Shown: positions 10,171-18,621 of the stretch, piece by piece
How positions within the stretch are numbered: the stretch's first letter is position 1
How the letters are laid out: each line of letters opens with the position of its first letter
NCBI GenBank assembly: GCA_942490885.1
Contig: CALNYT010000002.1
Span: forward strand, 5,165,024 to 5,205,023
Direction: 5' to 3'
Origin: an uncultured Clostridiaceae bacterium
GTDB lineage: Bacteria > Bacillota > Clostridia > Clostridiales > Clostridiaceae
DNA length: 40,000 nucleotides
Translations under genes and position numbers: made by a program
Notes under the pieces: generated by a model
What the model was told of the DNA's origin: nothing
Database searches by the model: none
Seen by the model: only the letters and a program-made list of their open reading frames with translations

Positions 10171-10180
10171 TAGTATAAAA

Positions 10181-10240
10181 TTAATATAAATCAATATAAA
10201 TCAATATAAATCAATATAAATCAATATAAATCAATATAAA
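10181..10240. repeat. 10-bp tandem repeat (tcaatataaa), 5 exact copies plus 1 degenerate
   Basis: Read directly: ttaatataaa, then tcaatataaa five times. The array ends 14 bp before a TTGATT -35-like box upstream of tRNA-Arg. Confidence 0.95.
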
Positions 10241-10297
10241 AAACATATTACTATTGATTTATAAACGTATTTGTGATAACATAATAAATGCGTTCAT

Positions 10298-10374
10298 GCA
10301 CTGGTAGCTCAGTTGGATAGAGTAGCTGGCTACGAACCAGTTGGTCGGGGGTTCGAATCCCTTCCAGTGTACCA
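10298..10374 (+). tRNA. tRNA-Arg (anticodon ACG), with its 3' half forming attL of an integrated island
   Basis: GCACTGGTAGCTCAGTTGGATAGAG..., anticodon loop CT-ACG-AA, T-arm GGGGGTTCGAATCCCTT, encoded CCA. Confidence 0.93.
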
Positions 10375-10381
10375 TATAAAA

Positions 10382-10413
10382 GGCTTTTCGGGTTTCCGAA
10401 AGGTCATTTTTTA
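10382..10413 (+). terminator. Island-borne terminator replacing the native tRNA-Arg terminator
   Basis: A 10-bp stem (10382-10391 pairing with 10396-10405) with loop gttt, followed by a T-run. Confidence 0.65.
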
Positions 10414-10420
10414 TGCAAAA

Positions 10421-10481
10421 TAACACAACCGTAACACAACCCAGAAAAAAACATATAAAATAACACAACAAATAACACAAT
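10421..10481 (+). repeat. TAACACAAC direct repeats (candidate integrase arm-type sites), attL side
   Basis: taacacaac at 10421, 10432 and 10461, and taacacaat at 10473. The same pair with 11-bp spacing recurs at 21648 and 21659 near attR. Confidence 0.6.
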
Positions 10482-10514
10482 TAATAGTGATAAAAAAGAA
10501 AATAGCCCGTAAGG

Positions 10515-10694
10515 CTATAAGGCAAATAAACTATTAATTTTTTCAACTGCTTTTATTTTTTCCTCTGGCATTACATGAGTATAAATATCAGCGGTTATTT
10601 TTATGTTGCTGTGACCCATTAATATTTGAGCTGTTTTTAAAGGCACATCATTCTCAAACAATCTAGTTGCATAAGTATGTCTTTTATGGTGAGC
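10515..10694 (-). pseudogene. C-terminal remnant (59 codons) of the island tyrosine integrase
   Basis: The minus-strand translation is AHHKRHTYATRLFENDVPLKTAQILMGHSNIKITADIYTHVMPEEKIKAVEKINSLFAL*. It carries the HxxR, GH and catalytic Y boxes but no N-terminal part, and an in-frame TGA lies immediately upstream. A hairpin and T-run follow at 10486-10518. Confidence 0.8.
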
Positions 10695-10800
10695 TCACCA
10701 TAAATAGGCATTATGTGGAGTGTTATATTATGGTGAGTGATCAGTTAAATCCTTATAGTATAAAGACTCAGCATTAAAACACTCACCATAATATATAGGA

Positions 10801-11832
10801 TTATTTACAAAGTTTTTTCAACCAATTCATCAAATCTCCGTCATTTTCCCATTTAGGCAAATCTTCAGTTGTCAACTCAATATATGATTCTTCTAGTGCT
10901 TTTCGTTTCATTTCACTGTCAGCTCTGGCATAGATTTCTGTTGTGCTAATGCTTGTGTGTCCAAGAAAATCACGTATATAAATAAGATTTACTCCTGCTT
11001 GGAGGAGGTGCATTGCTTTGCTATGGCGAAGCACATGTGGTGTTACTGCAAAATCGATACAGAAATCTTTATTATATTTTGACACCTTATCATATTTGCT
11101 TATAATATATGATACGCCCCATCTAGATAGTTTCTTGTGCTGTTGATTATAAAATAGTGCAATATCTGTTTCAGCAGTTCCAAAGTACTTTTTTTGTTCT
11201 GACTGGTAAGATTGTAACAACTTTTGAGTGTTGCCCATAATAGGAACTTGCCTTGTTTTATCACCTTTTCCATGAAGCTTTATGACTGCTGGGGATGTCA
11301 ATCTAACATCCTTCCATCTTAAATCGATTAATTCCTGTACTCTTGCACCAGTATCATAAAGTAAGACTAACAACATTAAATCTCTTCTTCCTTTTATTGT
11401 GTTGATATCTGGCTGCTGAAGAAGGATCTTTATCTCATTAGCTGTGAGATATGGTATCATTGGCTTTGATTTCTTTTTCATCGATATATCTAAAATCTTT
11501 TTCAATTCAAAAAGATTTTCTGGACTTTCCTTTTGTACATATCGAAAAAATGAATGGAGTGCCGCAAGGCGCTGATTTCTTGTGGCAATCGAACATTGCC
11601 TTTTTTCTTCAAGCCAATTGAGAAACTCTATAACCACAGCTTTGGTTATAAGTGAAAGAGTTATATTTTCAATAAGCACTTTTTTATCGGATTCAAAGAA
11701 GATTAGAAATAGTTTGAAAGCATCCCGATAGGAAGCTATCGTATTAACACTGACATTTTTTTGCCCTGGTAGGTACTGTGAAAGAAATTCTGACAGATAT
11801 TTTGGAAAATCATTTTTCTTCATTGTCCGCAT
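10801..11832 (-). CDS. Tyrosine recombinase (third gene of trio)
   Basis: N-terminal SAM-like core-binding region (SYRDAFKLFLIFF, RLAALHSFFRY). Catalytic TGARVQEL, HVLRHSKAMHLL, LGHTSISTTEIYA. The start may be the ATG at 11823 (MKKNDF). Confidence 0.85.
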   Translation of the reverse strand: MRTMKKNDFPKYLSEFLSQYLPGQKNVSVNTIASYRDAFKLFLIFFESDKKVLIENITLSLITKAVVIEFLNWLEEKRQCSIATRNQRLAALHSFFRYVQKESPENLFELKKILDISMKKKSKPMIPYLTANEIKILLQQPDINTIKGRRDLMLLVLLYDTGARVQELIDLRWKDVRLTSPAVIKLHGKGDKTRQVPIMGNTQKLLQSYQSEQKKYFGTAETDIALFYNQQHKKLSRWGVSYIISKYDKVSKYNKDFCIDFAVTPHVLRHSKAMHLLQAGVNLIYIRDFLGHTSISTTEIYARADSEMKRKALEESYIELTTEDLPKWENDGDLMNWLKKLCK

Positions 11833-12808
11833 TCCTTTCCGAAATTAAATATCCAAAAGTAGCTTCAGTTCGTTGTATGATATCAGGGTACAAATCAGCT
11901 GTCAACCGTAAGTAATACTCTGTTGCCCTAAAATCCGAATGTCCTAAATAGGTTGACAAGTAAGGCATAAGATTTGTCAATTCCTTACCTGATAAAACCC
12001 ATTTCTTTAGGCAATGAATAGAATATGTGTGTCTAAAATCATGAACTCTAGGTCCTTTACCTGAATGGGAAATACCTGCTTTCCATAAATAGTCTCGGAA
12101 TCGTCGGTAGATAGTACTTTTATCAATACGTGCACCACTCCATGAACTCTTGAAATAATAAGTATCGTTATCGCTTAATGTATGCAATATTTCTTCGAAT
12201 TTTTTACATCTGTTAATAAGGCTTGTTGCAATGGGAATTATTCTATCTTTGTTATTTTTTGCTTGCAGAATTGTAATAGTTCCTGATTCAATATCTACAT
12301 CTTTACACTTTAGATTTAACGCTTCAGAAAGGCGAAGCCCACTGCCATAAAGTAAACGGAATAATAATGGGTCAATTAAATGTCGGTTACTGTTGTAAGT
12401 AGATGGATATGTATCTATTTCGGTAAATATACGTTTTAGCTCTTCTTCTGAAAAAATATATGGTACAAATGAAGAACGTTTACTTGTTGCAGATTTTTTT
12501 AAGCAAATATATGCAACTAAGCCATTCTTCTGTAAAAACTCAGCAAAACTACACATAATTCTTTCTTTAGCATAATGAGTGGAATCTTTTTCGTAATCTA
12601 TTCCATAGCAAAATGTTTCAACCATTTCTTTACTCAAGTGAGCTCCTATGTATCCATTACTATAACAATAATCATCAAATCTCTCTAACAATCTTTCCTG
12701 GGATTTATACTTAAATCCCACCATATGCATTTCGTTTAAAAATTCTTTTATATATTTAGCAAAGTCACTTTCCCATTTATATTTATTCTTCATATTTGAA
12801 TACCTCAT
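11810..12808 (-). CDS. Tyrosine recombinase (second gene of trio)
   Basis: Catalytic GSGLRLSEAL, HDFRHTYSIHCL, LGHSDFRATEYYL. It overlaps both neighbours. An alternative start lies at 12793. Confidence 0.85.
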   Translation of the reverse strand: MRYSNMKNKYKWESDFAKYIKEFLNEMHMVGFKYKSQERLLERFDDYCYSNGYIGAHLSKEMVETFCYGIDYEKDSTHYAKERIMCSFAEFLQKNGLVAYICLKKSATSKRSSFVPYIFSEEELKRIFTEIDTYPSTYNSNRHLIDPLLFRLLYGSGLRLSEALNLKCKDVDIESGTITILQAKNNKDRIIPIATSLINRCKKFEEILHTLSDNDTYYFKSSWSGARIDKSTIYRRFRDYLWKAGISHSGKGPRVHDFRHTYSIHCLKKWVLSGKELTNLMPYLSTYLGHSDFRATEYYLRLTADLYPDIIQRTEATFGYLISERNADNEEK

Positions 12809-13070
12809 CAGGATCTATTACACATTTACGGAGACCCTCCATATCAATCTTTAGATAGATACTAGTTGTCTGTATATTTTGATGCCCCAATACTTTTGAA
12901 ATAACAGGAAGTGGCGCATTATTGTCAAGCATAGTACGTGCGAGGGAACTTCTTAAAGAATGAAGGCCGCATGCGCTGTCTCGTGGTATTTCTATACCTG
13001 TTAAGGTTATTATTAGTTCTAGGATTAATTTTAAAGGGTTCAAGAAATTCTCATTAGATTTTTTAAGCAT
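12783..13070 (-). pseudogene. Tyrosine recombinase (first gene of trio), C-terminal fragment only
   Basis: The 95 aa contain only the HSLRSSLA...LGHQNIQTTSIYL catalytic C-terminus. A stop lies 27 nt upstream of the opportunistic ATG at 13070. Confidence 0.75.
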
Positions 13071-14919
13071 GGATAGTTGTAAAAAAATATTTTATTCACA
13101 CTATAATGTAGAGAAAGATGATGAAAGACTGGAGAAAATAATTAATCTTGCAGGAAAACATACATTAACAGTGGACTTACTAGCTCATACAGCAGAAGAG
13201 GCTACATTATCAATAAGTTCACTGTATCAAAAGCTTAAAGAAAAAGGATTTAATTTAGATGGAATAATTAATGAGGAAATTAGCACTTTTTGGGACAATG
13301 AAAAAGAAAGCTTAACACTTTTTGAATATCTTTTAAAAGTATTTGATATAGCAAAAGTTTCTAATGAAGAAAAGGAAGTTCTAATGAATCTATCTATTTT
13401 ACCGTCCATAGATTTTCAGATTAATGAGATAAAAGAATGGTTGAAATTAGAAACTAACAAAAGCATAAATTCTTTAGTCAAAAAAGGATGTCTTAATAAA
13501 TCTGGATTTAATATAAAAATTCATCCATTAATTCAAGAAACAATAAGATATAAGTTGAATCCTAATACAGAAAAATGTAATAAACTAATTGAAGAGATTT
13601 CTTTTAGATTAAGAAATAAAGTAGATGAAGGGGGATTAAGTAAAAAACGCTATATAACACTTGGAGAAAGTATTTTAAATTATTTAAATGAAGATAATCT
13701 TAGTATTGCTTTATTAGTAAACAATTTAGCAATTACACTTGATGAAATAGGACAATCCAAAGAAGCATTAAAATATCAATTAAGAGACCTTGCAATTAGG
13801 GAAAAAGTGTTAGGTAAGAGTCATCCACAAGTAGCTATTTCATATAATAACTTGTCTTTGATTTATAGGTCTCTATGGCAACTTGAAGATGCGTTAAAGA
13901 TGCAATTAGCAGGAATTGAAATTTTAGAAAATTCGGTGGATGGAATTTATTCAGAATTGGGAATTTTTTATAATAATATAGCATCAATATATCATGATTT
14001 AGAAGAGTTGGAAATAGCTTTTGATTATCAATTACAAGCTATTGAAATAAGAACGCTTGTATTTAAAGAAACGGGAGCAGTCAAAGATGAAGCAGAATTA
14101 GCTAATTCATACAATAATTTATCACTAATTTTGAGTGATTTAGGACAAATTGAAGAAGCATTACATTATCAATTGAAAGCTGCTGAAATATTTGAAAAAG
14201 TTTTAGGTAAAAAACATCCAGATCTAGCTATTTTATATGATAATTTAGCAAGTAGCTATAAGTATCTAGGCGAGTTTGAGAATGCGTTAGAGTTTTCAAA
14301 AAGAGCAGTTGATATATTTGAAGAAGTGTTGGATAAAAAACATCCAGAGTTAGCTTCTTCATATAATAATTTAGCAACGATATATAATGATTTAAATGAA
14401 ATTGAGAAGGCATTGGAATTTCACTTAAAAGCAAGTTCAATTAGAGAGAAAGTATTGGGGATGAATCATCCAGATTTAGCATCTTCATATTGCAACTTAT
14501 CTATGATTTATAAAGATTTAGGACAGCTTCATAAGGCACTTGAAGTTCAATTGAAGTCTATAGCAATTTATGAAAAGGTATTAGATGAAAAGCATCCTGA
14601 ATTGGCAACGCCATATAATAATTTATCTATGATTTATATTGAATTTGGAGAATTAGAAAAATCATTGAAATTTCAATTAAAGGCAATAGCTTTGTTTGAA
14701 GGAATAATGGGTCAATGCCATCCAGGATTAATTATTTATTACCATAATTTATCATTAATATACGTAGAAATGGGAAAATATGAATTAGCACATGAATATT
14801 CTGTTAAGGCTGTAGAGATTTTAATGAATACTTATCCTAAAGGAAATTCAACTTTAAATCATATAATTAAAAATCTTGAACATATAGAAGAAATATATAC
14901 TAACATAAATATACATTAA
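13069..14919 (+). CDS. TPR-repeat protein with ARC/winged-helix remnant (N-terminally truncated STAND NTPase)
   Basis: About 10 TPR_10/12-type repeats (recurring A.SYNNL..IY..LG....AL.....A..I.EKVLG..HP). The first ~170 aa resemble the ARC region (LAGKHTLTVDLLA, IHPLIQETIRYKL, an MHD-like motif). There is no P-loop. The ATG shares 2 nt with the opposite-strand ATG of the truncated recombinase. Confidence 0.7.
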   Translation: MDSCKKIFYSHYNVEKDDERLEKIINLAGKHTLTVDLLAHTAEEATLSISSLYQKLKEKGFNLDGIINEEISTFWDNEKESLTLFEYLLKVFDIAKVSNEEKEVLMNLSILPSIDFQINEIKEWLKLETNKSINSLVKKGCLNKSGFNIKIHPLIQETIRYKLNPNTEKCNKLIEEISFRLRNKVDEGGLSKKRYITLGESILNYLNEDNLSIALLVNNLAITLDEIGQSKEALKYQLRDLAIREKVLGKSHPQVAISYNNLSLIYRSLWQLEDALKMQLAGIEILENSVDGIYSELGIFYNNIASIYHDLEELEIAFDYQLQAIEIRTLVFKETGAVKDEAELANSYNNLSLILSDLGQIEEALHYQLKAAEIFEKVLGKKHPDLAILYDNLASSYKYLGEFENALEFSKRAVDIFEEVLDKKHPELASSYNNLATIYNDLNEIEKALEFHLKASSIREKVLGMNHPDLASSYCNLSMIYKDLGQLHKALEVQLKSIAIYEKVLDEKHPELATPYNNLSMIYIEFGELEKSLKFQLKAIALFEGIMGQCHPGLIIYYHNLSLIYVEMGKYELAHEYSVKAVEILMNTYPKGNSTLNHIIKNLEHIEEIYTNINIH

Positions 14920-15021
14920 TATTTAGAGTGATATTTTTTTAAGTAATTTAATAGATATTATCTTAGTTAGTGATAAAATTGAAAATTATTGAGTTATGTA
15001 AAGAGTGACCCTTAAGGAGAG

Positions 15022-15243
15022 ATGATTTTGAATTTGACATTAATGGATAATGCAATAGTCTCATTAGACATAGCACTTGAGCATTTCTTTTGGATTTGTA
15101 ATAACGATCCTTATTATTGCAAAGAAAATAGCACTAGACATTTAAAACAAGGAATATTATCTATTAGTACTTCTACAGAATTACTGATTAAAATTATTTT
15201 AAGTGTAGAGAGAGGAAGTAATAAAGAACTACTCCTCTCATAA
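15022..15243 (+). CDS. Hypothetical 73-aa ORF, possibly an N-terminal fragment of a larger gene
   Basis: RBS AAGGAGAG. No recognisable domain. It ends abruptly and is followed by non-coding sequence. Confidence 0.3.
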   Translation: MILNLTLMDNAIVSLDIALEHFFWICNNDPYYCKENSTRHLKQGILSISTSTELLIKIILSVERGSNKELLLS

Positions 15244-15693
15244 AGGCTAAAAAATAATTAAGCATATTTGTTACTCGTGTAACAAGGGCTTGATAATCCT
15301 AATAAGATGAATATGAGTTAAGCTTTATTAATTTTTATAGTAAAGCTAATGGAAAAAGTAGATAAAACATTGATTGTTAAGGAAACCGCCAATTTCTTTA
15401 TTGATGTTTTATCTTTCATATTAACCCTCCTGAATAGTGTTTAATCTAATTTATGGAATCTCATATAAAATTGTTCTGTCGATATTCAACGTTAACGATA
15501 TATAGTACATGTTTCATTACACCTTATATTACAAGTAACTTTGAGAATTAAAATCCCTAAAATACTAAGGTTGCAAAAAATGTAAAACGAATTTTTCTTT
15601 AATTTTTAGTTAAACGATATATAGTATAAAGTATAAAGAGAATATAGAATATAATTAACACTTTCCTAATATGATTTAGTGGAGGTGATATTA

Positions 15694-16185
15694 ATGGAGG
15701 AATATAATTTTAAAGTTGAAGATGTTTTAAAAATTATTAAGAAAAAGAAGATTAAATGTTTGATGTGTAGTAAATCAGAATTTTTTATATTAGTTAATGA
15801 TGATATTTATTACAATGTTTTAAAGGAGAATTATAATTGGAATACATTATGGAAAGTAATAAATACAATTAAATTAGAATGTCAGGATTGTGGTTTTGTA
15901 ATGGAGTATAATCCATATTTATTAATGATGAGATTTATATACCAGAACTCAAAAGTACATGGAGATGAAAATGCGCCATTAAAAAAAAGGCAAAAAGACT
16001 TTGTAAAATACTTAGTTGAGTTTGGAAATATTGAGAAGGCAGCAATAATGGCAGGATATCCAAGTCAAACTGCACATGCAACTGGTACTAAATTAATGAG
16101 TTCCTGTAAAATAATAAATGCAATTAATAAAGAACTTAAAATACAGAATGACAAGAAAAATGATATGGACTTAGATAAGCAATAG
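15694..16185 (+). CDS. Zn-ribbon protein with C-terminal terminase-small-subunit-like HTH
   Basis: CLMC...CQDC pairs lie in the N-terminal half. The C-terminal KKRQKDFVKYLVEFGNIEKAAIMAGYPSQTAHATGTKLM resembles the Terminase_2/TerS HTH. RBS GGAGGTG lies 6 nt before the ATG at 15694 (the ORF track starts at GTG 15679). Confidence 0.6.
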   Translation: MEEYNFKVEDVLKIIKKKKIKCLMCSKSEFFILVNDDIYYNVLKENYNWNTLWKVINTIKLECQDCGFVMEYNPYLLMMRFIYQNSKVHGDENAPLKKRQKDFVKYLVEFGNIEKAAIMAGYPSQTAHATGTKLMSSCKIINAINKELKIQNDKKNDMDLDKQ

Positions 16186-16410
16186 AATAAAAGTATAAGA
16201 GGAATGGATAATGCCCACATAGTCAGATTTTTATTTAAAAGGATTACGTTACACCACGTAGCCTATTTTTTTACACAAAATTCTCTTAAGAAAAATTTTA
16301 TAAAGTGAAAATTGAGTGGTTAACGATATGTTCATAAGAATATTAAACAATAATTTAAAGGATTAATTTTCCCTTTGTAGAATAAGTGTTTTTGACAGGA
16401 GGTTGAGTTA

Positions 16411-17490
16411 ATGAAAAAAGATAAAGAAAATTATGAACATGTCAATAGAGCATTAACAAGGAGGTATAGAAAGTATTTTAATGTTAAAAAGAAAGATTGT
16501 AAGAAACAGACTTATGAAAAATTAATTGAAGAAATTAAACTTCAATACAATAATAAAGATAGAAATAAACTATGTTATGAGAAAAAAACATTGAAATATA
16601 GAATTAATAGTCATACATTGTCAGAAGTTACGGCTTATGGAGTTTTGTTTATTTCGGGTTGTCTTACATGGTTTGGATTCAGTAAAATAGAATATTATTC
16701 ACAAGATATAATCAATACAATATTTATTGGGTTTATAATAAGTGTTACGATTCTTGGTGCTGCTAAAAGATATGATCAATATAAGTTTAAAAAAGATAAG
16801 GCTTTTTATTTGCTTTGTTTAGAAATACTAGAAGAAGTTGAAAATGAAAAAAGAAATAATGAGTTTGTAACGGAACAAACTAAATATAATATTTCTAGAA
16901 GCAAATCTAATTTTAAGAAGAAAAGAAAGCAAGAAGGCTTTTATGAAAAATATAAAGATGTATTTGAAGAGCATTTAAATGATACTGAGAGCTATAGTGA
17001 TTATGACAGGTTGTACAATGATATAAAAAATAAATATTTAGAAAAGTTAAAAGAGAATAATAATGAGAAATTTGATACAAAAGTAGAAAGAGAAAGATTA
17101 TATTCAAAATCAAAGAAGAATGCAAGTGTATCCAGAAACATTATTATTGGTTTAGGAACAGTGTTCATAACAATTATTGTAAACTTATTCATATCATTGT
17201 TTGTTGAATCTATGACACAATTAGGAAGTACTTTGAAAGCATTATTATTATATTGCTTAATCTTGATTGCATTTTTACGAATACTTAAAGAGCTAGAAAA
17301 TGATAAGAATCAGGAAGCATTATATAACATATGTTTAAGAGTATTAGAAGATATTGAAAAAGAAATGGAAGATAACAACAGAATAGATTCACAAAAGTCA
17401 GAAAATAGTAAGGTGCAAGAAATGATTGCAGCTACAATACAATCTAATGAAAAGGAAAGTTTCATAAGAAAAATGTTTCAAAAATTGTAA
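16411..17490 (+). CDS. Membrane protein built from two tandem (helical + 2TM + acidic helix) modules
   Basis: Two TM pairs (aa ~73-118 and ~245-290). The halves align (YEKLIEEIKLQY with YDRLYNDIKNKY; AFYLLCLEILEEVENEKRNN with ALYNICLRVLEDIEKEMEDNN). Strong RBS GGAGG. Confidence 0.65.
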   Translation: MKKDKENYEHVNRALTRRYRKYFNVKKKDCKKQTYEKLIEEIKLQYNNKDRNKLCYEKKTLKYRINSHTLSEVTAYGVLFISGCLTWFGFSKIEYYSQDIINTIFIGFIISVTILGAAKRYDQYKFKKDKAFYLLCLEILEEVENEKRNNEFVTEQTKYNISRSKSNFKKKRKQEGFYEKYKDVFEEHLNDTESYSDYDRLYNDIKNKYLEKLKENNNEKFDTKVERERLYSKSKKNASVSRNIIIGLGTVFITIIVNLFISLFVESMTQLGSTLKALLLYCLILIAFLRILKELENDKNQEALYNICLRVLEDIEKEMEDNNRIDSQKSENSKVQEMIAATIQSNEKESFIRKMFQKL

Positions 17491-18198
17491 ATGAATAATG
17501 TTAGATGTATAGATATTAGGTATCTTTTTAATACACTTCTTTAGATTAGATGTGTTATTAAGTTAATGAATGTAATTTTAAGTGAGGAGATTAATATTAA
17601 ATAATTATTTAGATATGGAAAGTTAATTAAATATGAAGTGTTAAAGGATTAAATAGGTGTATAGGGTATTTAAGATAAAAAAAGGTACTGTGAAAAGGTG
17701 TTTTCACTACTGGGGCTCCGCACCGAAAATTGTCTAGTTGCAATAAAATTTTTGACTATCCTCCGCTCACGTATAAATGATTGAAATAATTGTTAATTTA
17801 AAAGCTGTACAGTGGCTATATTTAAGCAATGAGACTATTTAAAGGTTATTGCAAAGAGTGCTTTATAAAGTGAAAAAAATTATTCTGTTACTATTTCCCC
17901 CTATCTAAATATATTTTGGCTCCTTTCATTTGGAGGAAATTTAAAATGTTTGTTGAAAAGTAAATAAATGATAATATAATCATATTATTCGATATACTGC
18001 TTCTCGATGTGGAATTATTTTACAAAAGAATATAAATCATCTATAAGAATCTTAATCACAATACGGGTTACATCCATATGTGGGAGTTAACTCGCAATAC
18101 GAAGTGATAGTAGTTATGCGAAAGTCAAAATTGCTAACAAGATTACAAACTACAATTAAAAACTTACTAGTTATGAAAATAACTGAAGGGGGCAAATT

Positions 18199-18621
18199 AT
18201 GAATAATACTGTGTATCAAGTTATTGGAGAAAAAAATCAACATAATCTTGCATGTAATATTAATACAATTAAGCAGATTAATGATGAGATTGAAAGATTC
18301 ATTGCAGTAGATAAGTTGGATATTCTATCGTTAGTTTCATTTACTCCAGGGAGGTTAAAGGGTACTACGAACATACTTAAATCAATATTTAATTCTTGTC
18401 TAGATAGCTGTAAAAATAAAGAATCGAGCTTAAATACAAACAATTGTGAAAGTGAAATTGTTTATTTCATGGAGCAGTTCAGAACATTTATAGAAATTGT
18501 AGAAAAGCTAGAACAGAGTGTTTTGTCATCGGAAAACAATGATATTAAGAAGTATTCTAGTAATCTCAATAATTTTTTTGTAATTACTAAATTTCATGTA
18601 GAAGATGTGAATCCTAATTAA
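18199..18621 (+). CDS. Hypothetical 140-aa protein flanked by ~20-bp inverted repeats
   Basis: RBS GAAGGGGG. No recognisable motif. Inverted repeats at 18113-18132 and 18631-18651. Confidence 0.5.
   Translation: MNNTVYQVIGEKNQHNLACNINTIKQINDEIERFIAVDKLDILSLVSFTPGRLKGTTNILKSIFNSCLDSCKNKESSLNTNNCESEIVYFMEQFRTFIEIVEKLEQSVLSSENNDIKKYSSNLNNFFVITKFHVEDVNPN

Larger units (their letters stand above)
10683..13070 (-). mobile_element. Recombinase-in-trio (RIT)-like element, truncated at its 5' (right) side
   Basis: Three consecutive, overlapping tyrosine recombinase ORFs on one strand. A TATGGTGAG-based inverted-repeat cluster at 10683-10793 lies at the preserved end. The first recombinase is reduced to its C-terminal 95 aa. 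Confidence 0.65.

Noticed and set aside
10181-10240. Possible CRISPR array (also considered for 23363-23418)
   Set aside because: These are pure head-to-tail repeats of 10 and 14 bp with no spacers and no cas genes. They are simple VNTRs.
10259-10480. ORF 10259..10480 (-)
   Set aside because: It lies antisense across tRNA-Arg, its terminator and the TAACACAAC repeats. GFEPPTNWFVASYSIQLSY is a tRNA-derived artefact.
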